Positions 12,666 to 27,115 of a stretch of 64,000 nucleotides of DNA are shown here, in pieces. Under the pieces are notes generated by a model that did no database searches, was not told the origin of the DNA, and worked only from the letters and a program-made list of their open reading frames with translations. The number at the start of each line of letters is the position of its first letter. Positions within the stretch are counted from its first letter, which is position 1. The DNA comes from Auanema rhodensis. Lineage: Eukaryota; Animalia; Nematoda. The stretch lies in contig OZ059899.1 in NCBI GenBank assembly GCA_964057225.1, forward strand, positions 13,020,001 to 13,084,000, given 5' to 3'. Made by a program: the position numbers and the translations under genes.

Positions 12666-13313
12666 AACATGTAGGCGTTTAATATGTGAATGCTTTATTG
12701 GCTTTTGCTAATGGATCATCATGATCATCATGATCGTCTTCATGTGTTTTTACAATAAAAAACTAAGATAAATCATATTTTATTAATGGGAATTAATAAA
12801 TAATCAATAAATAATATTATATTTCTTTAAAATTTAACGAAGAAAAAAAAATTTGAAATAAGATAAAAGTATAAGATAATACATACATAATATAACAATA
12901 TATAATAAGAAATATATATTTTATAAAAAATATTGAAAATAATATTTAAAAAATCAAAAAATGTACGTTTCCATTGGTAAAAATTAGACAGAAGTTAGAA
13001 TCTCTATCTCTTATCCGTTGGATTATAAGATTTTTAAATGAATTTAAGGTAATTCTAGTACTTACTTTCAATATTAGCAGATCAATTTCAGAATTAAAAA
13101 TGGAAGATCCACAGAAAAGAAGAAGTTCTTATCGTGAATTAGCAATTTAACAAATCTTTATTTAATATTTTATTTTATTAATTTGTAAAAAAAAAACAAA
13201 AAATAATTAAATTTCATATATTTTTAATAAAAATATTCAAATATTTTTTTAAATAATAAAAAAAATAAAAAAAAATCATAATCCAATTAACAGAAATAAT
13301 TTTTAAAGAATTT

Positions 13314-15415
13314 TTATGTATATTTCATTAACTGAAGTCGTTGTGTTGTTCGCAATGTTGGAGTTGTTTTCAATCGACTAGTACCATTTGTTCGTAACTA
13401 AATTATATTAATAATAATAATAATAATAATAATTTTAATTTTAATAATAAAATATTAAAATAATTCCATTTAATCCATCTTCACTCATTTCTTATTCGCT
13501 GCTTTGCCTTGTTTCATAAGAACTAAGCGAAGTCTTAGCTTTAGTGCTTGATTCTATATCGATCAAATTTCTTGATTTGACACGAAACCAGCTTAAGAAT
13601 CAGCGAACAAAGTATTTGAACTGTAGAATGAGCTCAAAGTTGAAAAAATTTTGATTCAAGCTTGAATCTAAGTTTTAAGAATTTGCTTAAGCTGAAGCTG
13701 AAGCTTTAATACAAAATAAGGTCATATACAATGCAAATGAAGACACAAACCTTGTCATTCTGAGGCATAGATAGACGTGCTATATCCAAATGTATAGTTA
13801 AAGTATGTGGCAGTAGAAGAGGACATGTAAGTAATTCTTAAAATATTTGAATAATTAAAATAATTAAATTAATAATATTATTACCTTTAACGGTTGGTCT
13901 TTTATTTTCATTTAAATTTAAAAGACTATCAACAAGTTGTATAACTTCACTTTCATCATGTCTTTTAATTTCTGCATATTTTCCCTATAAATTAAGTTTT
14001 TTTTTTTGCAATATGAATACATAAATGAATATCAGAGGTGGATGAACTTCAAATTTTCACTATTTCTCCGGAACTCACTACTCAGATTTGGGACCGGAAT
14101 AGACGGAAGATGATTGGCATTCAAAATATCTAACAAAGCTTTTCAGATTTTCATTAAAAATTTACTTAATTTTGCTAAAATCAGGTATATTTACCGGATT
14201 CTGTCCCTTATTTTCACTTAAATCAGATAATTGTTATGTGAGCGAGAAGGCTTTTATTTTCAAAATTCATAGATCCATTACCCGGACGTTGGGTCCGGGA
14301 TCGGCTCGGAAATTTCTAGGTTCGTGATTTGTATATATATTTTTATATTTGTATACAATATATATTAATATTAATAATATATAAAGATTACTAACTTTTG
14401 TAATTTTCATTACAATTGATGGCAAATTTTCGCCATCAAATGCTCGTTTCAGCTCTAATAGTTCATATAATATACATCCTAATGACCATACATCAGTTTT
14501 CTGATTATATACACGACCTAAATATATCATATAGTTAGTTAATATAATATTTTATATGTATAAGTATATACCTTCACAGATTTCTGGACTCAAATAGTTG
14601 GGTGTTCCTATGACTGTAGCAGCAACACTACGGGTATTTAGCTCTTTTGAGATTCCAAAATCAGATAACTATAACATATAATAATTAAATAAACAAGTAA
14701 ACAAGTAAACAACATAAATAATCAATAAATTATATTGAATATACCTTACCATACATATAGTTCTTCTCTTATTCATTAAAATATTTTGAGGTTTCAAATC
14801 TCTGTGTACAATATTCTTACTATGCATATGATCTAAAGCTATAGCAATCTGAAGTATAATCAAGTTTAAGTATATTCAAGTTCAAAACTTTGATTCCAAC
14901 TTGAGTAAAGTAATTAAGAGCTTGATTGAGGGGAATCTGATTATCTTTCTGATCCGCAATCAATTTTTCCATTGTATCACCTTCAGCATATTTCATAACT
15001 GAAAAGGAAAAGTTTTAAAGTTGGAGAAAATGGCTAAATAAGCCAACCTATAGCTAAAACCTTTTCATCAGCTAAGATGAATGAATCATAATATCCAATA
15101 ATCATAGGATGTTTAAGCTTTTCAAGTAATTTTACTTCACCTTTAATTAATCTAATATAATTAATCAAAAGAATAAAATAATTAGATAAACATTACTCAT
15201 AATTTTCTGTTCATCATCAGGACCCAATTGAATTGTTTTAATTAAAACCTATAATATAAAATATTTATTAATTTATATTTAAATATATATTAATAATTAT
15301 TATTAATATTTTATAATAAAACCTTTTTTCCTTTTGGCTCATCAAGTCGCTCACATAGCCAACATACACCAAAAGCTCCACGACCTACGACGCGGATTTT
15401 TTTAAACTTATCCAT
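13314..15415 (-). CDS. nekl-2: NIMA-related kinase (NEK8-like)
   Basis: [55 protein letters not shown] and [17 protein letters not shown] closely match C. elegans NEKL-2 as I recall it. The last exon ends ...LQLMKYT*. Confidence 0.9.
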
Positions 15416-16126
15416 GTTGAAATAAAAGAAAATGGAATTTAATCCAGCTTAAATCTGAAAGAAAACATTTTATTATTCAATATAATAATTAAGAAATAAA
15501 TGATTATAATCATATAATTAAGAAATAAATGATAATATTTCACATATAATTATGTAAACTTATTAATATTTGGAAGACAATAGAAGGTTTATCTGTGAAG
15601 TTTGAGAAAAAAGTTGGAAAAGCTGTATAATGAATGAAACTAATTTTTCCTTCAGAAAACATTGATTATCGATTTGATGATGTGTTTAAAGATTGAATTG
15701 AAAAGCGGAACATGGACACAGGTACATGAATACATGTATGAAGATCGAAAGCATAAATTGAGCTTTTTATAAAATATAATAAGAGAAAAAACATAAAAAT
15801 ATTAATTATATGATTAAATTATTTTTATTTTTTATTTATAATTAATGGAAAAAACTTATTTTTATGTATTTGTCTTTCATAAATCTTTTTAAAAGAAATA
15901 GAAGACAATGATATTGATAAAGACGAGAAAGAGATAGAGAGAGAGATAGAGAGAGACGATAATGATAATGATGATACAGCCATTAGAGGATGTTGAAGAT
16001 GACTGAATATCATCGTCACGATTGTCATCGTCGTTTCAGGAAACTTGTTTTCGTCTATATCGTTGTCGTAATCGTCTCCATCAGCATTTTCATCTTAGTC
16101 GTCCATCTTCTCACTACTCACCCTCT

Positions 16127-16167
<41 letters not shown>

Positions 16168-17129
16168 GCTCATTCTCTCTCTTTATAGTATTACTACTAG
16201 TCTCTTATATAATTTGAGCATTATTTTTGGTTTTCTTTTTTGTTTCATTTACGATGTCTTCTGAATCGTCACAGAACTACATTGAATTAAATTATAAAAA
16301 GCGGTGTGACATACCTTGCAGGTGAAATTTCCAAAAATTTTCGAAAACAATTAAGTTTAGGTTGAACAACGCAGAAAAATACAGCATTTTCATAGTATTC
16401 ACATACAATACCCCGAGTATGTACCGACCTCTAAATTTCCGGATCTGTTCGAATCCGGTGTTAAACTTTGGGATGCAGAGCCAGTTGTTCTAAAAGAAAA
16501 CCTGGTTTGTTCTGGACAGGACCGAGAAAAGAACTGAATAACTTAGAAGAAATATTCGTAATATTTACGGAAATGGTACGAATTTTCCAATTATATCCGA
16601 ATTATAAGCTGATGATGCTGCTATTCTACCTCTTCCACTTCTCTATATATAGCATAAATATAATTAAAGAATAAATACATATATTAATAAATCAAAAAAT
16701 ATATTAAATATTGTATTAATATGTTATCTTTTTTTTCATTTTAAATAAGAAAAATCTAAAATAGATTAAAGCTGATTGTACAAGTTCAATATAGTATAAT
16801 GAGATGATGATGATGATGATGATGTAATAATTTACTGTTAGCGTACTTTCTGTTTATATGATTATATTATTCTTATAAGTAAAGAATAATATTAAATTGT
16901 GTTTGGTCGTAATAGTGCATATCCATATTCAATAAACCTTGATTGCTAAGAAAAATCTTGTCTAGTTCAACAGTACATTTCACATAAAAGTTTCTGCACA
17001 TGTTGTATATAACTGAAATAAGTATAATAATAATCACATGTTAAAGATACAATAATAAGAAATGAAATTTAAAAAAAAACAGCAACCGTTCTCAATTCAT
17101 TTTTTTTTTCAAAAAGTGCATTGAAAATG

Positions 17130-17189
17130 CACGTGATATACGTGAAAAATTAGCATACTTAACACGTGAATGTACGTGAAAGCACGTGA
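17130..17189 (+). promoter_or_regulatory. Cluster of five (C/T)ACGTGA E-box/HRE-like motifs
   Basis: CACGTG at 17130, 17163 and 17183; TACGTG at 17139 and 17173. All are followed by A. Confidence 0.55.
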
Positions 17190-17953
17190 ATAATGTAAAA
17201 ATGTGTGTATGTTTGTGTTTGTAAGCTAAAAAACAAAACTATTCCAGATGTCATATGTAATAATTAGCTATGTGACAGCTGTTTCTAATTCACTCACTGG
17301 TAACTATCAATTGGAGAAAAAAAAATTGTTCTTCTTCTTTGCATTTTAATGCAACATTCATAAAGAGCTTCTTAAGTGCAATTGCTTGAACCCGTCGTCA
17401 TTTCGTTTTTTTTTCTTCTTCAAAAATTGTCGTCGTTCTCGTTGTTGTGGTTGTCAGTTCAGATTCCTCATCTTCTGGTGATCTCTTCTTCCATTTGCTT
17501 TCTCTTCAATTTCTTCCAATCTATTTTCAAATCAATTAAAACTAATTATCGTTAATTCTTGTTAAAGTCATCGTGTGTATATTTACCTTAAAGCTTAGTA
17601 AAGCCAAGCTTTCTTCTTTCAACTTTTTTTTCTCTTCATCGTCAAATTCTCAGAGCTTCTTTATTCAAATAGCAATCATCTGAACAGACAGTGACAATCA
17701 GTTCAGTCAGTATCATCATCATTATCAGCAGCATTAGAGCTTTAAAGCTTCAATTTAACTTTTAAATATTTCATTTAAATTAGTGTTTATATTATATTTT
17801 ATAATTAATATAATTAAATAAAGATACTATCAAAAATGAAGTAATAAAGTATATTTTTAGAATTAGTACCAGCAGTATCAAACTGTGTGTAAGCAACACT
17901 TCTCAACTATCAATTATTCAACTGAACATCTCATTCTTCATCAAGTTTACATC

Positions 17954-18473
17954 ATGTGTACGATTACTAAACGTAAGTTATACTTACCATCTTCTTGCTT
18001 CTTCGTTCTCTTTTTTCACAAAAATTTCATTGATTTCATTTCAAAAAAGGAAAAACAATAATAATAATAATAATAATTTTAAATTGTTGTCCATAGTTAT
18101 CGTTGTGATGATGACAACGAAGTCGACGACGATGACAATGACGATGATGATGATGTTTTGGAAATAATATATGTTTGTTTGTTAAAATCTGACAATAACG
18201 TTTTGTAATTGAATATGATTGAACTCTTCGTCTGTTACAGATAGCAGCTACGTCTCCTTGGCATCTGATATCACGGAGGAAAATCCATTTTCCAAGTTTG
18301 AATTAGCTTGCTTCGGTAGTATCTACATTGGATGTGTGATGTTTCTCATATTTGCCTATGAATATCTGATGCCTGTCTTCAATAATCCACACTATCCATA
18401 CTATAATCACATTCATAACTATACAGCTGATGTGCCGGAACGGAATTTGACGCTTCTCCTTCATGGCATCTGA
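17954..18473 (+). CDS. 83-aa single-pass membrane microprotein of unknown function
   Basis: Exon 17954-17972 (strong GTAAGT donor) joins exon 18241-18473 (TTACAG acceptor) in frame: MCTITKHSSYVSLASDITEENPFSKFELACFGSIYIGCVMFLIFAYEYLMPVFNNPHYPYYNHIHNYTADVPERNLTLLLHGI*. Coding-like composition against AT-rich flanks. Confidence 0.7.
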
Positions 18474-19166
18474 CGTCGTTGTTAGCCGGCTGTGCGTGTA
18501 TGTGTGTATGCGTATGTATGGATCTGTTTATTTGCTGGATATATATATGTATTTGTGTGTATGAATATGTTCATGAAGAGCAAGTAAATATACTTCTTAA
18601 GCTTATTCAAGCTGGTAAATTGTATAATGATGAAAGATGATTATGATGCGAAGGTTAGATCATGAAGCAAGTAAGCGTTTGTGATGCATGAACCGTATGA
18701 TAATTATGATTGAAGGAATAGGAACAAGAAGGTATTAAGAAGGACAAAAAGCTTCATCTATGTGCTAAGTACTTACTAGAACATTCATGTCATCACACAA
18801 TATTTTCTTTTTTAATTTTTGTTTTTTTTTGCTTTACACTTTTCATTAAATATGCTGAATAGGTTAGTAATTCATCGTATATCATATGTGATTTATGAAA
18901 AAAAAAACATTTTTAATTTAAATTACAAAATATTTATTATTATTATTATAAATTTTTACATTATATATATATATATAGTTAATAATCATTTTTCATATAA
19001 AAAACACATATATTCGATTGTTTGTCATTCAAGATTCATTCAAAGCACCAAAGAAAATATGAGATCAAACTGGAGTATAACAACAACATATTGAGAAATT
19101 GGGCATTGTATTCAGAGGATACCACGTAATTTCTTGTAATATTCATGTATAAAAATCCATATTATA

Positions 19167-19924
19167 TCAAATGTGCATAGTATTTTCGATAGCGAGATCA
19201 ATCTATAATAGAATTTTTTGATTATTTCTATTAAATTATGTGAATAGTTATACCTTAATAAGTGGAATATTTGGTGATTTGACATCTTTAGCTCCGCCAG
19301 CAGCAGCTTCACATGATGCTGTTCGATGCGAGATTACAGGCGTACATCTCTGAAAGCATTTCAATGCATGATTAATCCAATATTTATCAACAAAAAACTA
19401 AACTAAAATGAATGAAAAACAAACCTTTCGACTTTTTCTTGGATTACAATAAGAAAATACAGATGATCGGAATGATTTATTCATAAAGCAATAGGTAATA
19501 GGATTGGCCATAGATGAGATATAGGTTAATATAGTTAGTGATGTGTTTAATCCCGAATGCCACAGATTGTGACCCTGAAATTGAGATATAAAATTAAAAA
19601 GAAACGCTAAAAATTGAGATGCATACGAGTAAATCAGCTGTTCGAACAATCAGCCACCATGTATAGCTTGGCACCCAGCATGCAGCAAATACGATTACAA
19701 TGGTTATCAACATTCGTGTAACTTTCCGTTTAGCAAGAAGAATTTTATCCTAAAAATGTGGTTCAATTGAATGTTTAACTATGATTTTATGAATTTTTAT
19801 ATTTGATTTGTTTTTTATTAGATATAGACATAGATATATTTATTTATTCACATGCATGACCTTATGACCCTGAGGGCGATGGCGGGGGAGGGAGAAGCCG
19901 AGAAGCATGTGAGTGGTAAGCTAC

Positions 19925-19957
<33 letters not shown>

Positions 19958-21731
19958 GAGAGAGTAGAAATGAAAATCGAGCTTTTCAATTTATACAGTA
20001 ATCAATAAAATATTAAAAAAACATCAACATCATAAGTTGATTGAAGAGCAGAATAAGTTGTACTACATATGTCTTATATTCTCTTAAGTTGATATCAAGC
20101 TTTTGGTTAGTTAGTTAGTTAAGTTACTTAGTGAGCAGTGTCTTCCTAAAGAAATTTGAGTAATACCCCTCCTCCCCCCTCCAAAAGCTTCTTCATATGA
20201 GCTTTATTTGATGGAAACACAGTTTATCGGTCATAGTTTAAAACTTGGAAAAGCATATTCAAACCTGATTAGTGCTACGAAGCAATAACGATGAATCAAA
20301 GCTGTTACGTGGAGTTCCAAATAAAGTATTTATTGAATTCATTCGGCTACTCTTTTGATGACTTGGCGTAGGAATAGAAAGTGAATTTTTTTCCTGAAAA
20401 AATAAATTTAATTAATCAATTTCATATAATATTAATATAATTTTAAAAATAAAGCTATATAAGTAAGTATTAGGCTCTCCTCTCTTTTAGACTCAAGTTT
20501 TTTGGAATTTTGTTTTACATACAACCTTATAAGCTCTTGTCCTCTCGTTGTCTCTCTCTTTACATCCTACTCTTTCTCTTTCCCTCTCTCCCTCTCTCTC
20601 TCTCTATCCCTCTCTCTCTCTTCTCCTTTTACTACATCGAAGCTATAACAAACCTTGTGATACTTTTCCGATGAGACGCGTGAAAAAGATTGAAATAGCC
20701 AATCAGTGAACGTTGGCTTTATTGGAATTTCTGTAATAAAAGATATAATTAATATAATTAATTAATATAATATAATAATTATTATAATAAACTAACCATT
20801 TTCTAAAATAACTTGATCCAATAATGGATTATCACAGTTAATAGCAATATTTAGTGTATAAATGACTTGACCATATAAACCGACCATTAATGATAATGGA
20901 ACAAATAGTAAAATCTATATAATATATAGTTAACTAACTATGCTATATATAGCTATATAACTTACAGTTGTTACGTATAATTGATATATGAAATCAACAG
21001 TTGAGCCTTTTGTTGTATCACAAGTCCATTGAGCTCGATATGGCACAAGATCGAAAATGGCCAAAGATCCAAGATTTGCACCAAATGATAGTATCCAAAC
21101 ACCTGTTATGGTTATCATAGCTCGTTTCTATAACAAAACAATATTATTATATTATAATATATAAATAAACATATAGATATATGTCAAGAGATGAAGTTTT
21201 TCTTCCTTTTTTTTTTTATTTTACAGCTTAGTTACCAACCTTTGTATGCCATTTGCGAGACTCTAGTGGCCGGCATATAGCATAATATCGTTCAATTGCA
21301 ATCACAACCAAGGTATAAGCTGAAGCACAAACGCCCACAGCTGAAATATGAAGTTTAAAAACTTTTTTGATCATCACATAGTTTGAAATGGAAGGCATAA
21401 TTAGTATCACATTATGATTCTCATCTATCTCCAGATCTGTTTTTTTTTTCCTTTTTTTTGCGAACAAAACATTAAATTAAAAGAAAAAAAATGATTATAA
21501 ACTACTTTTTAGATATTGGTCTTTGATTATAATATAGATATAGATATATACTATTATTATTATTATTTGAAATTTAAAAATAAGCTTTCTATTTCAACTT
21601 ACGCTGAAGATATGCTACAGCTTTACACATAATTGGTCCTAATAGCCAACAGTGTGTCAGTTCTGATAGTAATGTGGGTGGGATGCATACAACACTTCTG
21701 GAAATACATTATTCATTAGTGATAAGTAACT

Positions 21732-21796
<65 letters not shown>

Positions 21797-21942
21797 TTTC
21801 GGATATTATGTGTTCAATTGCATACAATGTTCACAGAACAGTATCCTAGTTTTAGAAGTTATTTTGTGCAAAAGTATGGAAGAAGGAGAAGAATCATTTG
21901 AGAATAGATAGATGTAATAGATATTAATAGGTGAATTGAAAT

Positions 21943-21990
<48 letters not shown>

Positions 21991-22205
21991 GAAATGAAAG
22001 TATATACTTACCGTAACAAGTCAGCTACAGCTAAATTCAATAAGTAAAAGTTAGTAATTGATCTTGATCGATGTGTTTTACATACAATTGTTATAATAAC
22101 TATTGTATTTCCAAGTAAAGCAAGCGAGAAAACGACAATAAAGATTATTGAAAGTAAGCTGTTATAAGCAGTTAGTTCAAAACTACAATCCACACCGTTT
22201 CCCAT
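19167..22205 (-). CDS. ckr-1: Cholecystokinin/sulfakinin-receptor-like rhodopsin GPCR
   Basis: TM1 GN, NFYLLNLAVADLLR, CWLLGPIMCK, VIAIERYYAICRPL, KRKVTRMLITIVIVFAACWVP and NPITYCFMNKSFR are CCKR-type motifs. ckr-1 rather than ckr-2 is assigned from recalled sequence. Confidence 0.8.
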
Positions 22206-22728
22206 AGTTGTAACTGAAAATAAAGTTGATAAGGCTTTAAGTTTTAAATATTAAGAGAGATATATATGTAAATAAAAATAATAATAATTATAAAGAAAAT
22301 TCAGATTTGTAAAGAAATTAAAGAAAGTTTAGCATACTAGTGGTATACTCATAAAACTATTATTGGGATGACGCACTATGAAAATGAAAATTTCGATTTG
22401 AACAAAAAAAATTCAAAAACCAGAACTGTTTTTATTCTTTTTTCTTGACGAAAATGTAATTTAATATATAAATAAAACAATGAACATGAATAGAGTTCCT
22501 ATTGAGGCTTAATGAAAGAGAAGACATGATGTGGTTGGTGCCATATATCTCCCTCTTTCTTCCTTCTCTTTTCAATCTCTCTCTTTCTCTCTATCTCACC
22601 AAATATGGCATATAAGATGAGAATCTGCAGTTCTGACATGTTATAGCTTTGTCTCTTCACTTTTCCAATCTTTCTTTTTCTCTTTACATCCTTCTCTCTC
22701 TTTCTTTCTCTCTCTCTCTCTCTCTCTA

Positions 22729-22769
<41 letters not shown>

Positions 22770-23760
22770 ATGTCATTCTTCTACACACACACGTATATAT
22801 AGAAATTCAAATTCAGAAGACAATGATAGAATACATTCATACATGTGAAGTTTCGGTTAGTTCCATACTTTACTTCAAATAATTTTCAAAAAAAAAAACC
22901 AAAAGGCAAAACAATTCAATCATATGGCTTCAATGAGGCATAGTTTGACAAAAATACTAAGTTTAACGAATATAGTGATCTTCTAAAACGAAATATGAAC
23001 AGCAATTATAAGGAATATAGTATAGAATGTGGTTGAAAGCAAAGAAACATAAAGACTTTGCCAGCAAAAACATTACCGTCAAGCTCAATTGAACTTGATT
23101 ATCAAGCGGCTAGGTTGAATGCTTATGATTTGCTTATTAGTAAGAACAAATAAGCAATATTCTGACAACGATGTGGAAACTGTCGTCGTAAATGTTTCAG
23201 ATTCATCATTCGTGTGCAAGATTGCGAAAATTCATTTCACACATTCGTCCTATCCGGGTGATACCCTGGGGGGTTTATGGCTAAGGATTATATTCTATAA
23301 GCTTCCGCGGTGGTTGAGTATAGTCCAAGTTAAAGATGGATATAAATGGTCAAAAAACGAAAAAGACAACGAATAGAAGAGTGACAAAGAATGAGAGAGA
23401 AGGAGAGATTGAGAAAGAGAGAGAGAGAAAAGGAGAGAGAGAGCTTGAAAGAAGATTTTTTCTTCTTTGCATTTCAAGAAGCATAGTCCAACTGAGGATA
23501 CAGCCGAGGAAACTTTTCGTTGTCCAGACAAAAAGTCGAGTTTGAAGTAAAAAAAAAATGAAAAAATTGAGGGAAAATGATTAAAAATTCAAATAAATAT
23601 AGAAACAAAAAATAAAAATAAAAATAATCTATTATAATTGTTTGAAAGGAAGTATATTAAGGTGATCAAGTAAAAGATTGAAGATTTGAAGGTACAAAAT
23701 AGAAAATATTGCTCTAATAAGAGAAATTAAGGAGAGAAAGAGGAAAATTAAAAGAGAATT

Positions 23761-23813
<53 letters not shown>

Positions 23814-24149
23814 TCTGAGCACAGAGACAAGAAGAGTATACAGGATATAGGGAAGGAAGGACAAATCACATAAACCACTTGATCTTTCAAACAAAATGAA
23901 AATTGGCTGACTAGAAGGGAGTGAAATGAACGACGACAACGACTGGAATTAAAAATATTCTAAGAAATAAAAAAAAACGAAATAAACGAAAAAATTATTT
24001 TTGTTGTTTTCTTATTAATTTTTCAAATTTAAAAGAAGAAATGACGAACTTGAAAAAGGATGGAAGGACATATTCTGTATAAAAGGTAGAAAAGAAAAAA
24101 TCACGTATTGCAAGAATATGTTTACGGTTTCAAGTAAGGGAGAGAGGGG

Positions 24150-24181
<32 letters not shown>

Positions 24182-25113
24182 GAAAGGGAGAGAGAGAGAA
24201 AGGGAGAGAGATTTGTAGGAGAAACAATTTTTGAACTCATTTTTCAATGATAAAAGCATCGAACAAAATGTTTTTCGTTGGACAAGTCATACTTCAGGTA
24301 TAAGAAATTTATAGAACAAGATATATGATGATAAATTGAAAACGAATTGACTCTCTTTCGAATTTTGAGTGGAAAATATATATTTTAAAGTTTTATTGAT
24401 GTTAATTGTATAGGTTAAGATGAAGAAGATCACGTAAAAAGGTTAATCTTTCTCAGAAAAACTGATAAACAGAGGAAAAGCTTGAGAGAGAGAGAGAGAA
24501 GGGTAGGCAGGGAACAAAGTAACAAGTCAAATGAACAAAATAATAGAAAAAGAAATTTTTTTGGGAATGTTTCGAACTGTTCTAGATGTTTCGAGAAAGG
24601 ATATCAGAAGGCTTTCTGGAAGGTTTAAATGTATTGAGACGTAAGCGGGAGAAGGAGGGAATACATGGCACTCTTCAACTATTGAGGTTTATCTAAGCGA
24701 CGTCAACAGTATAATCCATCTGATGGATCAAGATGCAACTAGAGAAAAGGGAAGATATTGAGGTAGTTAGCATAAGAGTGAAACATTGAAAGAGAGAAAG
24801 ATAGAGAAAGAGAAAGAGAGAGAGAGAGAATGAGTAGGAAGTGTTGATGAGCGAAATGATGAGTAGGAAAGAGCCAAAGCTAAAAGTGATAGCAGCAAGT
24901 GGGTGGGGGAGGAGATGAAGAAAAAAAAACATACTTTTGTTTTTCTTCCTTCCTTTTTTGGAAAAAAAACTTTTTTTAGAAAAAAATTGCATTTGAGAAG
25001 TGAAATGGCTAGGAAGTTCAATTGAAATAGGATACTATGCTAAGTGTTGTATGAATGATGTTAAAGAAAAATTTAGATAATCCAATTAATAAAGATGAAT
25101 AACGAGAGAGAAA

Positions 25114-25173
<60 letters not shown>

Positions 25174-25472
25174 AAGAGGGTGGAAGGAAGGTACATATTC
25201 AGTGTTCTTCTCAATACAAAATCAAAAGTTCAAAGTTGTTTTGTTCTATGGGGCTACTAGTTGAAGATGAGTTTAAGAAAGACTATTACATAAGCTTGAC
25301 TAGCTTGGCAACTTGACGAAATGATAAAAATAAGTTTTTCGATTTTGGAAAAAGAGGTGAAAAAGAGAGAAAAAGGTAAATTGAAACAAATAAAATTTTT
25401 TTTGTATAAATGAGCAAGAGTTATTGGTTGAACGTGAAACGTTATTATGATCAGATACAGAAGAGAGAAAAA

Positions 25473-25504
<32 letters not shown>

Positions 25505-25517
25505 AAAAGAGAGAGAA

Positions 25518-25548
<31 letters not shown>

Positions 25549-26293
25549 ATTGATGTAATTGATACAGCCGGGATTGTTCGTGTTCTCATGATACTGCTGC
25601 TGATTATATCATGTGGTAAGGTAAGTAAAAAGAGAAATCATTATAACTATGCGATTATATAAAACTTAATTATACTATATGAAAATATGATTTTTGAAAT
25701 GAGAAAAAAATTGAAAAAAAACTGAAAGATTGTTGATGTTGATGACGATATATCGTGTTGTGAGATCATAGACAAACAGCTAAAAGAAGATCTATTCGTT
25801 GATATGATATGATACGATAAACACATTGTATGTGCTTCACTCTCATAAAATGAAATTTTGAAATTATTAAGAAGAAGCTGAAATGATTAAAGTCAAGGAA
25901 ACAGAGAAACAGATTTAAGCTCAATACGATTAAAATTTTTTATTTAATTTTCCTCTTGTTGCGTTTCATTTGTGTTAAACAAAATAATTAAAAATGTAAA
26001 AAAGTTTATAATGAAATGGGGAAAGATTAACAGAGAACGAGTGAGAGAGTGAGAGAGGTAAGGAGGGAGGGATAGAGAGAGAGAGAGAGAGAGACCACTC
26101 TATGATGCTTTCTATGCTTTTAAATAATTCCCTAATGATACTTACATGCATATATCACTAATTTTACCAAATAAAATTTGTAAATTAATGCTTCAAGTTT
26201 CAAAAAAAATTGAAAACAGCCAGATATGATTATATGATGATGTTCTATGTATGGGTCATGAAAGGAAGGCACACTTCTCCATATTTTCCCTCC

Positions 26294-26345
<52 letters not shown>

Positions 26346-27052
26346 CCTATCTCTCATTTCTCTTTCAATGTCTTAAGGTTGATATAAACAAGGAAAAATA
26401 GTTGGATCTGTAGAAATAAAGCTTTAAAGCTAAACAGAGAAAAGTGCAGAAAATGGCATTTTGGAATAAAAAGTGGAAACTAAATGAAAGATAGAAATGA
26501 ATTAATGATTGTTTTAAGCTACAACAATGATAAATTTCTTAAATAATTAACCGATTTTCGAAGAATTTTTTTTTTTTGGAAAATTCTCCGGTGCATTTGC
26601 AAAATGAATTTTACTGATAATATCTGATTGAATAAGTAGATTGAAAGAAATAAAATAAAATATAAAAAAGTCAAAATGAAACTAAAGAAGAGTAGATAGA
26701 GAATATTCTGAATAGAATTTAGATATAGTATAAGCATTTATGTATGTACATTTCCTGACAACATAACATATATCATATAAGTTAGTAAATTACTAAATTA
26801 GATTGAAACTCAACATTAAGAGAGAGAGAGGAGAGAGAGAGAGAAAGAGCGGGGGAAGGGAGAGAGGAGAGAGAGAAGATTTTGTAGATGAAAAGTAAAA
26901 AGAATATAAAGATGGAAGAAGAAAAGATTTACAAGGGAAAAGTTCAAAAGACTAGATGAACGAAGAGCCTATGACACATGAAACGAAAACATGACTAAAT
27001 AGAAAGGAAAAGTCTAAGAGTTTCAGGAAAAGAAACAGCATACAAGCGCAAT

Positions 27053-27115
<63 letters not shown>

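Noticed and set aside
15141-15196. Apparent frameshift at nekl-2 intron 2
   Set aside because: It is resolved by the AAG acceptor at 15141, giving EQKIMSEVKLL in frame.
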